Shown here in pieces: positions 11,001 through 21,449 of a DNA stretch of 64,000 nucleotides; position 1 is the first letter of the stretch, and every line of letters starts with the position of its first letter. The notes beneath the pieces are model-generated. The model worked only from the letters and a program-made list of their open reading frames with translations, did no database searches and had not been told where the DNA came from. Where the stretch lies: IMG/VR virus record IMGVR_UViG_3300027974_000021; one strand, written 5' to 3'. Both the position numbers and the translations under genes were made by a program. The stretch is from a virus.

Positions 11001-14000
11001 AAAGCTACAACAGATACATTAACGAATAAAACAATTAATTTAACTTCTAATACATTATCTGGAACAACTGCACAATTTAATACAGCATTGAGTGATGATA
11101 ATTTTGCCACATTAGCTGGAACAGAAACATTAACAAATAAAACATTAACAACTCCTGTAATTTCTAGTATTTCTAATAGTGGAACAATAACTATTCCTAC
11201 AGGAACGGATACTTTAGTTGGTCGTGCAACTACAGATACATTAACAAATAAGACTTTAACATCTCCAGTTATATCAACAATAACGAATACTGGAACATTA
11301 ACATTACCTACATCTACCGATACATTAGTTGGAAGAGCAACTACAGATACTTTAACAAATAAAACAATTGGTGCTGCAACAATTAGTGGAAATTTAATAC
11401 CAAACGCAGATGCAACAATTGATTTAGGATCTGGTGGACAAAAATGGGCAACTCTAAACGTAGTAAATATTACACAAACAGGAAATACAACAACTTCTGG
11501 TACTCTTCAAGTCACTGGCACAACTGCATTAAATGGTGGATTAACACTTGATGTAGATAAATTTACTGTTGCTGATGGAACTGGAAATACATTAATTGGT
11601 GGAACATTAGGTGTCACTGGCAATACTACACTTTCAGGAGATCTTTCAGTTCATGGTGGTGATTTAACTACTGATGCGACAACTTTCAATTTATTAAATA
11701 CAACAGCAACTACAATTAACATTGGTGGCGTCGCAACTACAATCGGAATCGGTGCTAATTCTGGAACAACAACAGTAAATAATAATTTAACGATTGCAGG
11801 AGATTTAACTGTAAGCGGAAATACAACTACACTTAACACAGCAACATTAGAAGTAGAAGATAAAAATATTATAATTGCTAAAGTTGCATCACCTACAGAT
11901 TCAACAGCTGATGGTGCTGGTATTACAATTAAAGGTGCAACAGATAAAACATTTAATTGGGTAGATGCTACTGATGCATTTACATCAAGCGAACATATTG
12001 AAACTGCTGCAGGAAAAACATTAGCATTAAGTGGTTCAAGTTCAGGTAAAACAACATTAAACGTTTCAGCTGCTGCTTCAGGAACTTTAACACTTCCAGC
12101 TGCAACTGATACATTAGTTGGAAAAGCTACATCTGATACACTTACAAATAAATCTATTTCTTTAACAACGAATACAATTACAGGAACAACTGCTGAATTT
12201 AACACTGCATTATCTGATGATAATTTTGTCACATTAACTGGAACAGAAACATTAACAAATAAGACATTAACGACTCCTGTAATGTCTTCTGTTTCTAATA
12301 GTGGGACAATAACTATTCCTACAGGAACGGATACTTTAGTTGGTAGAGCAACAACAGACACATTAACGAATAAAACATTAACATCTCCAGTAATATCTTC
12401 TATCTCTAACACTGGAACATTAACATTACCTACTTCTACAGACACATTAGTTGGAAAAGCAACAACAGATGTATTAACAAATAAATCAATAAGTTTAACT
12501 ACTAACACAATCACTGGTACAATTTCTGAATTTAACTCAGCTGTTTCTGATGCTAATTTAGCTACAATTGATGGTGTTGAAACATTAACGAATAAAACTT
12601 TAAGTTCGCCAGTTATCACAACTATTACCACAACAAGTAATTCTAGTATATCATTAGACCCGAATGGAACAGGAGTTGTAAATGTTCCTGCTGGTTATAC
12701 TGGAAGAGCAGGATTCGGAGTGAATTCTCTTGTTCCAAAATCTTATGTTGATGCTCTTGAAGCAGGATTACATGTTCATCAAGCAGTAAAAGCTGCAACA
12801 ACAGACACACTTGCAGTTTTAACAGGTGGCACAGTCACTTACGATAATGGTACAGCTGGAGTTGGTGCAACATTAACATTACAAAATGCTTTAACAACTT
12901 TAGATACATCATACACAGTAGTAAGTGGTGATAGACTTTTAATTAAGAATCAAGCAAATGCTGCTCATAATGGTATCTATACTATTGACGCAACAAGAAC
13001 AATATTAACAAGAGCAACAGATTTTGATTCTGTTTCAGAAATAGCAAGTGGTGATTTTTTATTTGTGGCTAATGGAACACAATTTGGTAATCAAGGATAT
13101 GTACAAACAGTTGTAATGGTCACAGTTGGTTCAACAAGTATTTCATTCACACAATTTTCTGGTGCTGGACAAATAACTGCTGGAAACGGATTAACAAAAG
13201 ATGGAAATACAATTGATGCAGTTGGAACAGCAGATCGTATTACTGTAAACGCAAATAGTATCGATATTGCTTCAACTTATGCTGGTCAATCTACAATTAC
13301 AACATTAGGAACAATTTCGAGTGGAACATGGCAAGGTTCAGCAATCGCTGGTCAATATGGTGGAACTGGAGTAAATAATTCTGGCAAAACACTTACACTT
13401 GGTGGTAATTTTACACATACTGGTGCTCATACTCTTGGTTTAACAACTACTGCAAATACATCAATAACTTTACCAACAACTGGTACTCTTGCGACTTTAA
13501 ATGGTTCTGAAACTTTAGCAAATAAAACATTAACTTCACCAATTATTTCAAGTATTTCTAACACTGGAACATTAACATTACCTACTTCAACTGATACTTT
13601 AGTCGGTCGTGCAACTACAGATACTTTAACGAATAAAACATTAACATCTCCAGTTATTTCAAGTATTTCTAACACTGGAACATTAACATTACCTACTTCT
13701 ACAGATACGTTAGTTGGTAGAGCAACTACAGATACTTTAACGAATAAAACGATTGGTGCTGCAACAATTAGTGGAAATTTAATACCAAATGCAAACGCAA
13801 CAGTTGATTTGGGATCAGCATCAAATAAATTTAGACATTTATATCTAGATGGTTCATCATTCTTTATGGGAACGACAAAAGTTTCAATGCATGCTAATGG
13901 ATATTTTGTATTTAACAATAATTCTGCTAGTGGATATCCAAGTGGAAGCAATGTGAGTGTTGCTACAGCCACAAATGGTGTTGGTGGAGGTGGTGGTGCA

Positions 14001-14048
14001 TCTACTGCAACAGTTGCAGCATTAGCGATCGCACTTGGAGGTGCTTAA
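8007..14048 (+). CDS. Giant repetitive tail fibre (2013 aa; possibly chimeric near 9950)
   Basis: MAIGRISG N-terminus, VGDDSTG and DSTAIQIND repeats, then [17 protein letters not shown] repeats, C-terminal ALAIALGG; SD AGGAG; CATAAATA at 7923-7930. Confidence 0.7.
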   Translation: MAIGRISGSMLKSNLTRNGVDLAFETNILYLDVTNARVGIGTSSPSTALHVIGTTTTDNLVVNNITSDDSTAIQINDGINVSGTVTANSGLVANGITYPTTDGSNGQVLTTNGSGTLNFVSPSAFGSMTFVGDDSTGSTINTAETLKFAGATGITTSVVNDTVTITGPNLSAYLTNSPITVVGDDSTGTTLNTGETIKIAGAGGITTAVSGDVLTITGANQAQGITFVGDDSTGTRISDGETLKIAGTSNITTAMSGDTLTITGSKDINVNSISSGDSSAIQINDNVNVSGTFNAKTIVTNDLISEDSTAINVLDGMNVSGTLSADVLDVNEISSSDSSAIQINDSLNASGTITAASFVTHGVSGNITGVNNIEVNQISSNDSTAVQVADGMNVSGTLTAPTFVTNDISSNDSTAIQINDAVNIAGNLSMNGNKITNLPTPLSDNEPATKNYVDNQFAAAGSGTVTSITAGTGLTASPTNPITTTGTIALDFSTVVARIVGDDSTGTDLRVGETIKIAGTSNITTAVSGDTLTITGPNLSAYLTNSTLTVVGDDSTGTTLNTGETIKIAGAGGITTAVSGDVLTITGANQAQGITVVGNDSTGTRISDGETLQIAGTSNITTAVSGDTLTITGPDLSSFITASSTDTLSNKTFTLAQSGGTSAYATKRVLQYNEGTGVITYSNKLDAVSPYITGYGSEIHVSPVALDNTGNGTIGDPVKTIAKALELAALAFETTTAGSRKTIILHPGDYAENVTLDTQYIVLTTHEAIGKNTTLSGTLTISKGCTVNGLKMTNLIISATSATGSVDIINCTVTTATTKTSSAYTNFRLCDLSSSTLSITGAGSVVLNGGNYGTVTVNNASAAVLAKAVITMAPVTLTAGTLQIADTVIYSATNTSNAITQSAGSFLTLNNCQTLIPDLTNVARNSFGGYYSILHSVYDKANSTFGGTSLSAVSYSQYVNADRLTLNGSTSGATIINATAAAGTTTLTLPAATDTLVGKATTDTLTNKTINLTSNTLSGTTAQFNTALSDDNFATLAGTETLTNKTLTTPVISSISNSGTITIPTGTDTLVGRATTDTLTNKTLTSPVISTITNTGTLTLPTSTDTLVGRATTDTLTNKTIGAATISGNLIPNADATIDLGSGGQKWATLNVVNITQTGNTTTSGTLQVTGTTALNGGLTLDVDKFTVADGTGNTLIGGTLGVTGNTTLSGDLSVHGGDLTTDATTFNLLNTTATTINIGGVATTIGIGANSGTTTVNNNLTIAGDLTVSGNTTTLNTATLEVEDKNIIIAKVASPTDSTADGAGITIKGATDKTFNWVDATDAFTSSEHIETAAGKTLALSGSSSGKTTLNVSAAASGTLTLPAATDTLVGKATSDTLTNKSISLTTNTITGTTAEFNTALSDDNFVTLTGTETLTNKTLTTPVMSSVSNSGTITIPTGTDTLVGRATTDTLTNKTLTSPVISSISNTGTLTLPTSTDTLVGKATTDVLTNKSISLTTNTITGTISEFNSAVSDANLATIDGVETLTNKTLSSPVITTITTTSNSSISLDPNGTGVVNVPAGYTGRAGFGVNSLVPKSYVDALEAGLHVHQAVKAATTDTLAVLTGGTVTYDNGTAGVGATLTLQNALTTLDTSYTVVSGDRLLIKNQANAAHNGIYTIDATRTILTRATDFDSVSEIASGDFLFVANGTQFGNQGYVQTVVMVTVGSTSISFTQFSGAGQITAGNGLTKDGNTIDAVGTADRITVNANSIDIASTYAGQSTITTLGTISSGTWQGSAIAGQYGGTGVNNSGKTLTLGGNFTHTGAHTLGLTTTANTSITLPTTGTLATLNGSETLANKTLTSPIISSISNTGTLTLPTSTDTLVGRATTDTLTNKTLTSPVISSISNTGTLTLPTSTDTLVGRATTDTLTNKTIGAATISGNLIPNANATVDLGSASNKFRHLYLDGSSFFMGTTKVSMHANGYFVFNNNSASGYPSGSNVSVATATNGVGGGGGASTATVAALAIALGGA
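8568..9781 (+). repeat. Exact 107-bp direct repeat (8568-8674 and 9675-9781)
   Basis: GGCACTACATTAAACACAGG...GCTAATCAAGCACA identical in both copies. Confidence 0.85.
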
Positions 14049-14051
14049 ATT

Positions 14052-14792
14052 ATGCCAGTGTCCACTCGTGAAGGACTTAAAGATTACGCACTAAGAAAAC
14101 TTGGTGCACCAGTTGTAGAAATTAACGTTGATGATGGTCAATTAGAAGATCGTCTTGATGAAGCATTAGAATATTTCAATATAAATCATTGGGATGGTTC
14201 TGAACGTACTTATGTTTCACACTTAGTCACAAATCAAAATATTAGTGATAAGTATATTCCTGTTGCTGATATAGTTTATGGTGTGAATAGAGTGTTCCCT
14301 ATATATGCAGGGTCATCAACTAGTAAAAATATATTTGATTTACAATATCAATTAAGATTAAATGATTTGTATGATTTAACATCTACTTCAGTTGTTTATT
14401 ATACAACAGTAATGAATCATTTACAATTACTTGATACAATATTAAATGGTCAACCTATGTTTCGTTTTAATCGTTTAACAAACAGATTAAATATAGATAT
14501 TAAATGGGGAACTGCAGTAAAAGCAGGTGACTATATTATATACGATGGATATAAAGCAATAGATCCTGCTTCATTTACTAAAATGTACAATGAGCCATGG
14601 TTGAAATCTTATACCACTGCTCTTTTTAAAGCACAGTGGGGAACTAATTTAAAAAAGTTTTCAGGATTAGAACTTCCTGGAGGTGTGACACTTGATGGTG
14701 ATAAACTATATGCTGAAGCAAAAGAAGAAATTAAAGAATTAGAAGACATATTAGTTGGAAAGAATGCACCATTAGAATTTTCAGTAGGATAA
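14052..14792 (+). CDS. gp13: Neck protein
   Basis: LRKLGAPVVEINV..Q; KAQWGTNLKKF.G..LPGGVTLDG motifs. Confidence 0.9.
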   Translation: MPVSTREGLKDYALRKLGAPVVEINVDDGQLEDRLDEALEYFNINHWDGSERTYVSHLVTNQNISDKYIPVADIVYGVNRVFPIYAGSSTSKNIFDLQYQLRLNDLYDLTSTSVVYYTTVMNHLQLLDTILNGQPMFRFNRLTNRLNIDIKWGTAVKAGDYIIYDGYKAIDPASFTKMYNEPWLKSYTTALFKAQWGTNLKKFSGLELPGGVTLDGDKLYAEAKEEIKELEDILVGKNAPLEFSVG

Positions 14793-14796
14793 ACAA

Positions 14797-15714
14797 ATGT
14801 CTAGAAATGTTTATTTTACACAAGGAACTGCTAATGAGCAAAACCTAATAGAAGATTTAATTATAGAATCTTTAGGAATTTATGCTCAAACAGTTTATTA
14901 CATACCAAGAAAATATGTAAATAAAGATCAAATTCTTGGTGAAGATACATTAAGTACATTTAATTATGCTTACCCAGTTGAAATGTATTTTGAAAATGTA
15001 AAAGATTATGATGGAGCAGGCTCTTTCGTAAGTAAATTTGGTTTAATGATTGAATCATCAGCTACATTAGTTGTAGCAAGAAGAAGATGGAATCAATTAG
15101 TTGGTCAATATGGTAATACTATTTTAACAAATCGTCCAGTTGAAGGAGATTTAATTTATTTTCCTTTAACTAAAAGTTTATTTGAAATAAGATTTGTAAA
15201 AGATAAAGATCCTTTTTATCAATTAGGAAAACTTTACACTTATAAATTACAAGTTGAATTATTTCAATATTCTTCTGAAAAAATTGATACAGGTGTACCT
15301 GAGATTGATGTATTTGAACCATTAAAAACATTCAATACTGATCCTACACGTAATGAAGTAATGTATGTAAATAGTATTACATTTACAAATCTTGGTGCAG
15401 GTTATGTATCAGCACCAACATTAACATTTAATGGTGGAACTCCACTTACAAATGCTACAGCTACTTGTACTATATTAAATGGTAAAATAAATAGTGCTAC
15501 AATTACGAATGTAGGAAATGGATTTAATAGTGTACCTACAATTACAATAAGTGCACCACCAGCTGGAGGAACTCAAGCTGTTGCTACTTGTACTTTAAAT
15601 ATGAATATTGATAAACAAGGTGGCTTTGGTGATAACGTTTCGATTAAAGTTGAAAGAGACGTAAATAATAATAAAGTGGCATGGTCTGAAAATAATCCAT
15701 TTGGAGAATTTTAA
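14797..15714 (+). CDS. gp14: Neck protein
   Basis: YYIPR, SKFGL, RPVEGDLIYFP, PFYQLGK, ENNPFG motifs; synteny. Confidence 0.9.
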   Translation: MSRNVYFTQGTANEQNLIEDLIIESLGIYAQTVYYIPRKYVNKDQILGEDTLSTFNYAYPVEMYFENVKDYDGAGSFVSKFGLMIESSATLVVARRRWNQLVGQYGNTILTNRPVEGDLIYFPLTKSLFEIRFVKDKDPFYQLGKLYTYKLQVELFQYSSEKIDTGVPEIDVFEPLKTFNTDPTRNEVMYVNSITFTNLGAGYVSAPTLTFNGGTPLTNATATCTILNGKINSATITNVGNGFNSVPTITISAPPAGGTQAVATCTLNMNIDKQGGFGDNVSIKVERDVNNNKVAWSENNPFGEF

Positions 15715-15716
15715 TC

Positions 15717-16478
15717 ATGTTAAATAAACCACCATATTATCACGAAACAATAAGAAATTGTATTATAGGATTTGCAAAAATATTTTCAGATCTTAAAATT
15801 GAAAGAAAAAAAGCAAACGGAACAGTAGAACAAACGTTATTAATTCCGATTGCTTATGCTCCGAAAGAAAAGTGGATACAACGTATAGAACAAGATCCTA
15901 CTCTTTCGAATCAATTGATGACTACTCTTCCTCGTCTTTCTTTTGAAATGACTGGATTAAATTTAGATGCAACGAGAAAAGTTTCACGTATGGCATCTAT
16001 TGAGAAGAATAAAGCAGTTGGAGCTGGAGTAAATACAGCAAATAGAGTATTCGCTCCTGTACCATATAATTTAGATATAAATTTATATTGTATATCTAAA
16101 AATACAGAGGATGGTTTACAAATAGTAGAACAAATTCTACCTTATTTTACACCAGAATTCACGATGAGTATTCAATCGATGAAAACACCTCTTGATATTG
16201 TCACTGATGTTCCTATTATTTTAAATAGTGTGACATTTGTAGACGAATATGATGGTACTTTTGAGACACGTAGGTTTGTGACATGGACATTAGGTTTTCA
16301 ATTAAAACTTAATCTTTTTGGATATGCAAACCCAGATGGTAAAATTATATCTAAAACGATTGTTGATATTGGCAATCCAGATAGACAAAACACAATAATA
16401 GCTAACCTAAATACAGGTGGAATTACGAGTGAAACATGGGAAGATATATTTAAAACTTCCGAATACGATATAACATAA
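15717..16478 (+). CDS. gp15: Tail sheath stabiliser/terminator
   Basis: PIAYAPKEK, LPRLSFE, QIVEQILPYFTP motifs. Confidence 0.9.
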   Translation: MLNKPPYYHETIRNCIIGFAKIFSDLKIERKKANGTVEQTLLIPIAYAPKEKWIQRIEQDPTLSNQLMTTLPRLSFEMTGLNLDATRKVSRMASIEKNKAVGAGVNTANRVFAPVPYNLDINLYCISKNTEDGLQIVEQILPYFTPEFTMSIQSMKTPLDIVTDVPIILNSVTFVDEYDGTFETRRFVTWTLGFQLKLNLFGYANPDGKIISKTIVDIGNPDRQNTIIANLNTGGITSETWEDIFKTSEYDIT

Positions 16479-16490
16479 TAGGAAACAAAT

Positions 16491-17417
16491 ATGGCAAAAC
16501 AAGTAATAGGAGTTGGTTCATCGCCGAATGACGGAACAGGTAATACTTTACGTGATGGTGGTGTAAAAATCAATTCTAACTTTGACGAATTGTATAACGG
16601 ACTAGGTGGAAGCACTGTACGTATTGCAATTCCATCATCAGCAATTTCAAATGGCGCAACACTTAAATTTGATGGAACTAATTTCGTACCAAATTCAGAT
16701 ATAGATACAAATACTACTTATGCTATTAGTTCAGAAACAGTAGCAAGTGGTGCAAAAGTAAGATTAACAGGATCAGATTCTACAACTGATGATATATCAA
16801 TTTTAACAGCAAATGCTGGACTTACAATTACTCGTACTGACGCAAGTACAATCACTCTTACAAATAATAATCCAGCCCCTGTCACTTTTTCTTTAAGTGC
16901 TGAAGCTATTCAAGCAGGTCAAAGAACAATTCGTTTAACAGGATCAAATGCTTCGTTATCTGATATTGCTCTTATTGCTGGTACTGGTATGACAATATCA
17001 AATCCGACTGCTTCTTCTATTACTTTAGATTCTGCAATCGTTTCAGTAAATGGTGCAACTGGTGCAGTTATTACAAGAAGAACATATTCTTTTGGTGGTG
17101 CTACAACTTCTAATTATCTAGTGACTGGTCCAGGATTGCCTACAGCTGGAGCAAATGATCCAGATATTATTGCTCAAAGAGGTGAAACTATAAGATTTAC
17201 AAATACACGTTCAGGACAAATTTTAGAAATACTTGATACTTCAAATGCTGCTCCTGCAGGTGATTATATTTCATCGCAAGGTTCATCAGCTAATATAGCA
17301 GATCAAAACCAAACGATTACATTTACAATACCAATGTCTGCTTCTACAGGAAACACATTTAAATATCGTAGTCAAACTGAGCCTGCGAATATGTTAGGAA
17401 ACATAGTAGTTATATAA
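16491..17417 (+). CDS. Structural protein with gp9/gp10-type N-terminus
   Basis: NDGTGNTLRDGGVKINSNFDELY matches T4 gp9/gp10 N-terminal motif. Confidence 0.65.
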   Translation: MAKQVIGVGSSPNDGTGNTLRDGGVKINSNFDELYNGLGGSTVRIAIPSSAISNGATLKFDGTNFVPNSDIDTNTTYAISSETVASGAKVRLTGSDSTTDDISILTANAGLTITRTDASTITLTNNNPAPVTFSLSAEAIQAGQRTIRLTGSNASLSDIALIAGTGMTISNPTASSITLDSAIVSVNGATGAVITRRTYSFGGATTSNYLVTGPGLPTAGANDPDIIAQRGETIRFTNTRSGQILEILDTSNAAPAGDYISSQGSSANIADQNQTITFTIPMSASTGNTFKYRSQTEPANMLGNIVVI

Positions 17418-17435
17418 TAAAGGTGGATAGGGCTT

Positions 17436-19019
17436 ATGCCTACAAATTTTTATAATGCAAATACAGCACTTAAAGCTGTTGGTGTAAAAGTAAAATTTAC
17501 AAAACAAGAAGTACAAGAATTTCTTAAATGTAAAGAAGATCCAATTTACTTTATAGAAAATTATTGTAAAATAGTTTCATTAGATTTAGGATTAATTCCT
17601 TTCGCTTTATATGATTGTCAAAAAGAAAAAGTAAGGACAATCATGAATAATCGTAAAGTGATTTTAATGGAAGGAAGACAGCAAGGAAAAACTATTACTT
17701 CTGCTGCATGTATTGTACATTATACATTGTTTAATGATAACGTCACTGTTGGTATATTAGCAAATAAAGGAAGTACCGCAAGAGAAGTTTTAGATCGTTA
17801 TCAATTAATGTATGAAAATTTACCTTTATGGTTGCAACAAGGTGTTGTGACTTGGAATAAAGGAGATGTAGAATTAGAAAATGGTAGCAAAGTATTTACT
17901 TCTGCTACAACACCAAGTGCGATACGTGGTAAGTCAGTTAATTGGTTATATATTGATGAAGCTGCAATTATACCAAATCAAATCGCAGAAGAATTTTTTA
18001 CTTCAGTTTATCCTACTATTATGGCAGGAGAAACTACAAAAATATTATTAAGTTCTACTCCATTAGGATATAATCACTTTTGGAAATTTTGGAATGATGC
18101 TGTAAATAATAAAAATGGATTTAAAAATCTTTTTATTCCTTACGATAAAATTCCAGGACGCGATAAAGCTTGGGCTGAAGCACAAAGAAAATTACTTGGT
18201 GATGTAAAATTTAATCAAGAAATACTTTGTGAATTTTTAGGAAGTTCACTTACACTTATTAATGGTGAAACTTTAAGAAATTTATCTCCTAAACCATTCA
18301 TATATTCTAAAGATGGTTTAGATATATTAGAAAAGCCTGAACCGAATCGTAAGTATGTAATTGTAGTTGATTTGAGTAAAGGAACAGGAAGAGATTATAC
18401 AGCACTTAGCATTTTTGATATAACAGAAATGCCTTATAAAGTTGTAGGTAAATATCGTTCGAATACAATTAGCATACTACTCGTTCCAAGTATTATAGAT
18501 AAAATTGGAAGAGATTATAATAATGCTTTTGTGTTAATTGAAATTAATAGTGGTGAAACAGTTCCCTATATATTACATAATGAATTAGAATACGAGAATA
18601 TTATCTTTGTTGCAAGAGTTAAGAATGAAGGACAAAGAATTACTGGTGGATTTGGTGACAAATCAAGTGCACTAGGTGTCACAACTGATGTATCTGTAAA
18701 AAGAAAAGGTTGTAGCATATTAAAGAATTTAATTGAGAATAATAGTTTATTAATATTTGATTCAACTATTATTAGCGAATTAACTACATTTATCAGCAAA
18801 AATGGTTATTTTTCAGCTGACGATGGCTATACTGATGATCTAGTGATGACGTGTGTACTCTTTGCTTGGCTTACAGCTGACGTATATTTTAGAGAAATAA
18901 CGGACGTAAATATAAGAAAAGAGTTATATAAAAAACAAATACAAGAGATTGAAGAAGAGTTGACTCCATTTGGCTTCTTAAATGATGGAAATGACCGAGA
19001 AAACCCTTCGAATTTTTGA
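17436..19019 (+). CDS. gp17: Terminase large subunit
   Basis: RQQGKT Walker A, YIDEAA Walker B, SSTPLG, DDLVM nuclease motif. Confidence 0.95.
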   Translation: MPTNFYNANTALKAVGVKVKFTKQEVQEFLKCKEDPIYFIENYCKIVSLDLGLIPFALYDCQKEKVRTIMNNRKVILMEGRQQGKTITSAACIVHYTLFNDNVTVGILANKGSTAREVLDRYQLMYENLPLWLQQGVVTWNKGDVELENGSKVFTSATTPSAIRGKSVNWLYIDEAAIIPNQIAEEFFTSVYPTIMAGETTKILLSSTPLGYNHFWKFWNDAVNNKNGFKNLFIPYDKIPGRDKAWAEAQRKLLGDVKFNQEILCEFLGSSLTLINGETLRNLSPKPFIYSKDGLDILEKPEPNRKYVIVVDLSKGTGRDYTALSIFDITEMPYKVVGKYRSNTISILLVPSIIDKIGRDYNNAFVLIEINSGETVPYILHNELEYENIIFVARVKNEGQRITGGFGDKSSALGVTTDVSVKRKGCSILKNLIENNSLLIFDSTIISELTTFISKNGYFSADDGYTDDLVMTCVLFAWLTADVYFREITDVNIRKELYKKQIQEIEEELTPFGFLNDGNDRENPSNF

Positions 19020-19023
19020 AAAA

Positions 19024-19065
19024 ACTAAATAGGTAAGAGAAATAGCACGTTTGTCAAGAAACGTG
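19024..19065 (+). promoter_or_regulatory. Late promoter (ACTAAATA) and leader hairpin
   Basis: ACTAAATA 19024-19031; CACGTTT/AAACGTG stem 19046-19065. Confidence 0.6.
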
Positions 19066-19091
19066 TCAATAATTAAAGAGGAGAGAGCAAA

Positions 19092-20801
19092 ATGGCATTC
19101 CAATTAAGTCCAGGAGTAATTGTCACAGAAAAGGACTTCACAAGTATAGTTCCTAATGTTGCCACAAGTGCAGGTGCATTTGTAGGTAAATTCGCATGGG
19201 GACCAATCGAAGATCCAGTGCAAATTACATCCGAAAACGAATTAGTAGAAAGATTCGGTACACCAGATGATTCAACTTTTGAATCATTTTTTACTGCAGC
19301 TAACTTTTTATCATACTCGAATAATTTATTCGTAGTAAGAGGAAATGGTTCAACTGATAGAAATGCAGGAATTAGTGGTACCGCAGTTAAAATTAAAAAC
19401 GCAGAACAATACTTATCATCATATGCAGGTGGTCAAGGAACTGTTGGCGAGTTCGCAGCTAAGTGGGCTGGAGCACGTGGCAATTCTTTAAAAGTATCAA
19501 TGGCTGATAAGTCAACTTTCACAGGTTGGACTTATGAAACTAGCTTTGATAGATCGCCAGACACATCAGCTTGGGCAACATCAAATAACGTATCTAATGA
19601 TGAAATTCATATTATCGTAATCGATGAAGATGGATTATTTACTGGCACAGCTGGTACAATCTTAGAAAAATTTGAATATGTTTCAAAAGCATCAGGTGCT
19701 AAAAAATCTGATGGTTCAAACAATTATTACAGAGATGTAATCAATTCAAATTCAAAATACATTTGGTGGATGGATCATCCAACTCAATCAGCAGAAGTTA
19801 ATAATGCAGCGAATGGCAGTGCGGTAGCATGGGGAACAGCTCCAGCAGCACAACCATACAAAGATATTACAACAGCATTAAATGCTTCCTTAGTTGGTGG
19901 TGTTGATGACTATGCAGGTGTGACTGCAGGAAACATTCAAACAGGTTATGCTTTGTTTGCAAACGATCAGCTTGACATATCGTTAGTCCTTTTAGGAAAA
20001 GCGACAGCAGCAACAGCAACTTATGTAATTAATAGCGTCGTAGAAGTAAGAAAAGATGCAGTAGCTTTTATCTCTCCAGAAGCAGCAGGTGGTTCTTATA
20101 TTTCTGATGCTTCAGCGACACCAGTAGCAGATATTATAACATATAGAACAGCACTTCCAAGTTCTTCTTATGCTATATTAGATTCTGGTTATAAATTCCA
20201 GTATGATCGTTATAATGACAAGTATCGTTATGTCCCATTAAATGGTGATGTAGCTGGTCTTGCCGCAAGAACAGATTATGCTCAAGATCCATGGTATTCA
20301 CCAGCAGGTGCAAATCGTGGTCAAATTAAAAATGTTGTTAAACTAGCATTTAATCCAAATAGAACACAAAGAGATTCACTTTATCAAAAAGGTGTAAATC
20401 CAGTTGTGACGTTTCCAGGAGAAGGAACTCAATTATTTGGAGACAAAACTTTATTGTCAGCACCAAGTGCTTTCGATAGAATCAATGTACGAAGATTATT
20501 CATTGTATTAGAAAAAGCGATCTCAATTGCTGCGAAAGCACAATTGTTTGAGTTCAATGATGCTTTCACTCGTGCTCAATTCAAAAATCAAATAGAACCA
20601 TTCTTAAGAGACGTACAAGGTCGTCGTGGTATTACTGATTTTAGAGTTGTGTGTGATGAAACAAATAATACAGGTGCAGTAATCGACAGAAATGAATTTG
20701 TAGCAAGCATTTTCATTAAACCTAATCGCTCAATCAACTTCATTAATCTAACATTTGTAGCAGCAAGATCAAGTGTTAATTTTAGTGAAATCGGTGGCTA
20801 A
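19092..20801 (+). CDS. gp18: Tail sheath protein
   Basis: LSPGV...E.D, F.WGP, PWYSPAG.NRG, FDRINVRRLF motifs. Confidence 0.95.
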   Translation: MAFQLSPGVIVTEKDFTSIVPNVATSAGAFVGKFAWGPIEDPVQITSENELVERFGTPDDSTFESFFTAANFLSYSNNLFVVRGNGSTDRNAGISGTAVKIKNAEQYLSSYAGGQGTVGEFAAKWAGARGNSLKVSMADKSTFTGWTYETSFDRSPDTSAWATSNNVSNDEIHIIVIDEDGLFTGTAGTILEKFEYVSKASGAKKSDGSNNYYRDVINSNSKYIWWMDHPTQSAEVNNAANGSAVAWGTAPAAQPYKDITTALNASLVGGVDDYAGVTAGNIQTGYALFANDQLDISLVLLGKATAATATYVINSVVEVRKDAVAFISPEAAGGSYISDASATPVADIITYRTALPSSSYAILDSGYKFQYDRYNDKYRYVPLNGDVAGLAARTDYAQDPWYSPAGANRGQIKNVVKLAFNPNRTQRDSLYQKGVNPVVTFPGEGTQLFGDKTLLSAPSAFDRINVRRLFIVLEKAISIAAKAQLFEFNDAFTRAQFKNQIEPFLRDVQGRRGITDFRVVCDETNNTGAVIDRNEFVASIFIKPNRSINFINLTFVAARSSVNFSEIGG

Positions 20802-20821
20802 TAATTAAAGGAGAAACTTAA

Positions 20822-21415
20822 ATGGCTGATATAGCAGATTTTAAAGCACAAATGACTGGTGGCGGAGCACGTCCCAATCAATTTCGTGTTGAGTTAATTT
20901 TCCCTAGCTACGTTGTTGCAGGGATTTTGGCAAGTGCACAAGCACAATTTTTATGTAAAGCAGCACAATTACCAGCAAGCACAATAGAGAACATTCCAGT
21001 TCAATATCGTGGTCGTGCTGTTAATTTTGCAGGAGAAAGAACATTTGCTCCATGGACTGTCACAGTTTACAATGATACAAATTTCAATGTAAGAAATGCG
21101 ATGGAACGTTGGTCAAATGGTATTCAAAATTATCAAACAACTAATGGTCGTGTAAATCCAAGAGATTATCAAACGGATTTAGTAGTAAGACAATTAGATC
21201 GTTCAGGTGCAATTATTAAATCATATCGTTTTGTTGATGCTTATCCAATTTCTATTGGTGTAGTTCAATTAGACTATGATACAGCAAATGCAGTTGAAAC
21301 GTTTGATGTTGAATTTCAATACAATTACTTTGATAGTGATACAGCTTCACGTGATGGTGTAGGAGTGAATATTTCAATTGATACACCAATTGGTTCATTC
21401 CCAATTAAAATATAA
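20822..21415 (+). CDS. gp19: Tail tube protein
   Basis: GGARPNQF, CKAAQLP, AGERTF..WTVTVYND motifs. Confidence 0.93.
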   Translation: MADIADFKAQMTGGGARPNQFRVELIFPSYVVAGILASAQAQFLCKAAQLPASTIENIPVQYRGRAVNFAGERTFAPWTVTVYNDTNFNVRNAMERWSNGIQNYQTTNGRVNPRDYQTDLVVRQLDRSGAIIKSYRFVDAYPISIGVVQLDYDTANAVETFDVEFQYNYFDSDTASRDGVGVNISIDTPIGSFPIKI

Positions 21416-21449
21416 TAACAGAGTTCTAAAAAGAACTTAGAAATAGATT

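Noticed and set aside
10980-13800. Periodic repeats as a CRISPR array
   Set aside because: Degenerate coding repeats varying at third positions; no unique spacers or cas genes
8093-13972. Many minus-strand ORFs (up to 326 aa) within the giant fibre gene; similar ones opposite gp46 and others
   Set aside because: Antisense shadows caused by codon bias; no promoters or SDs; fully overlap confident genes
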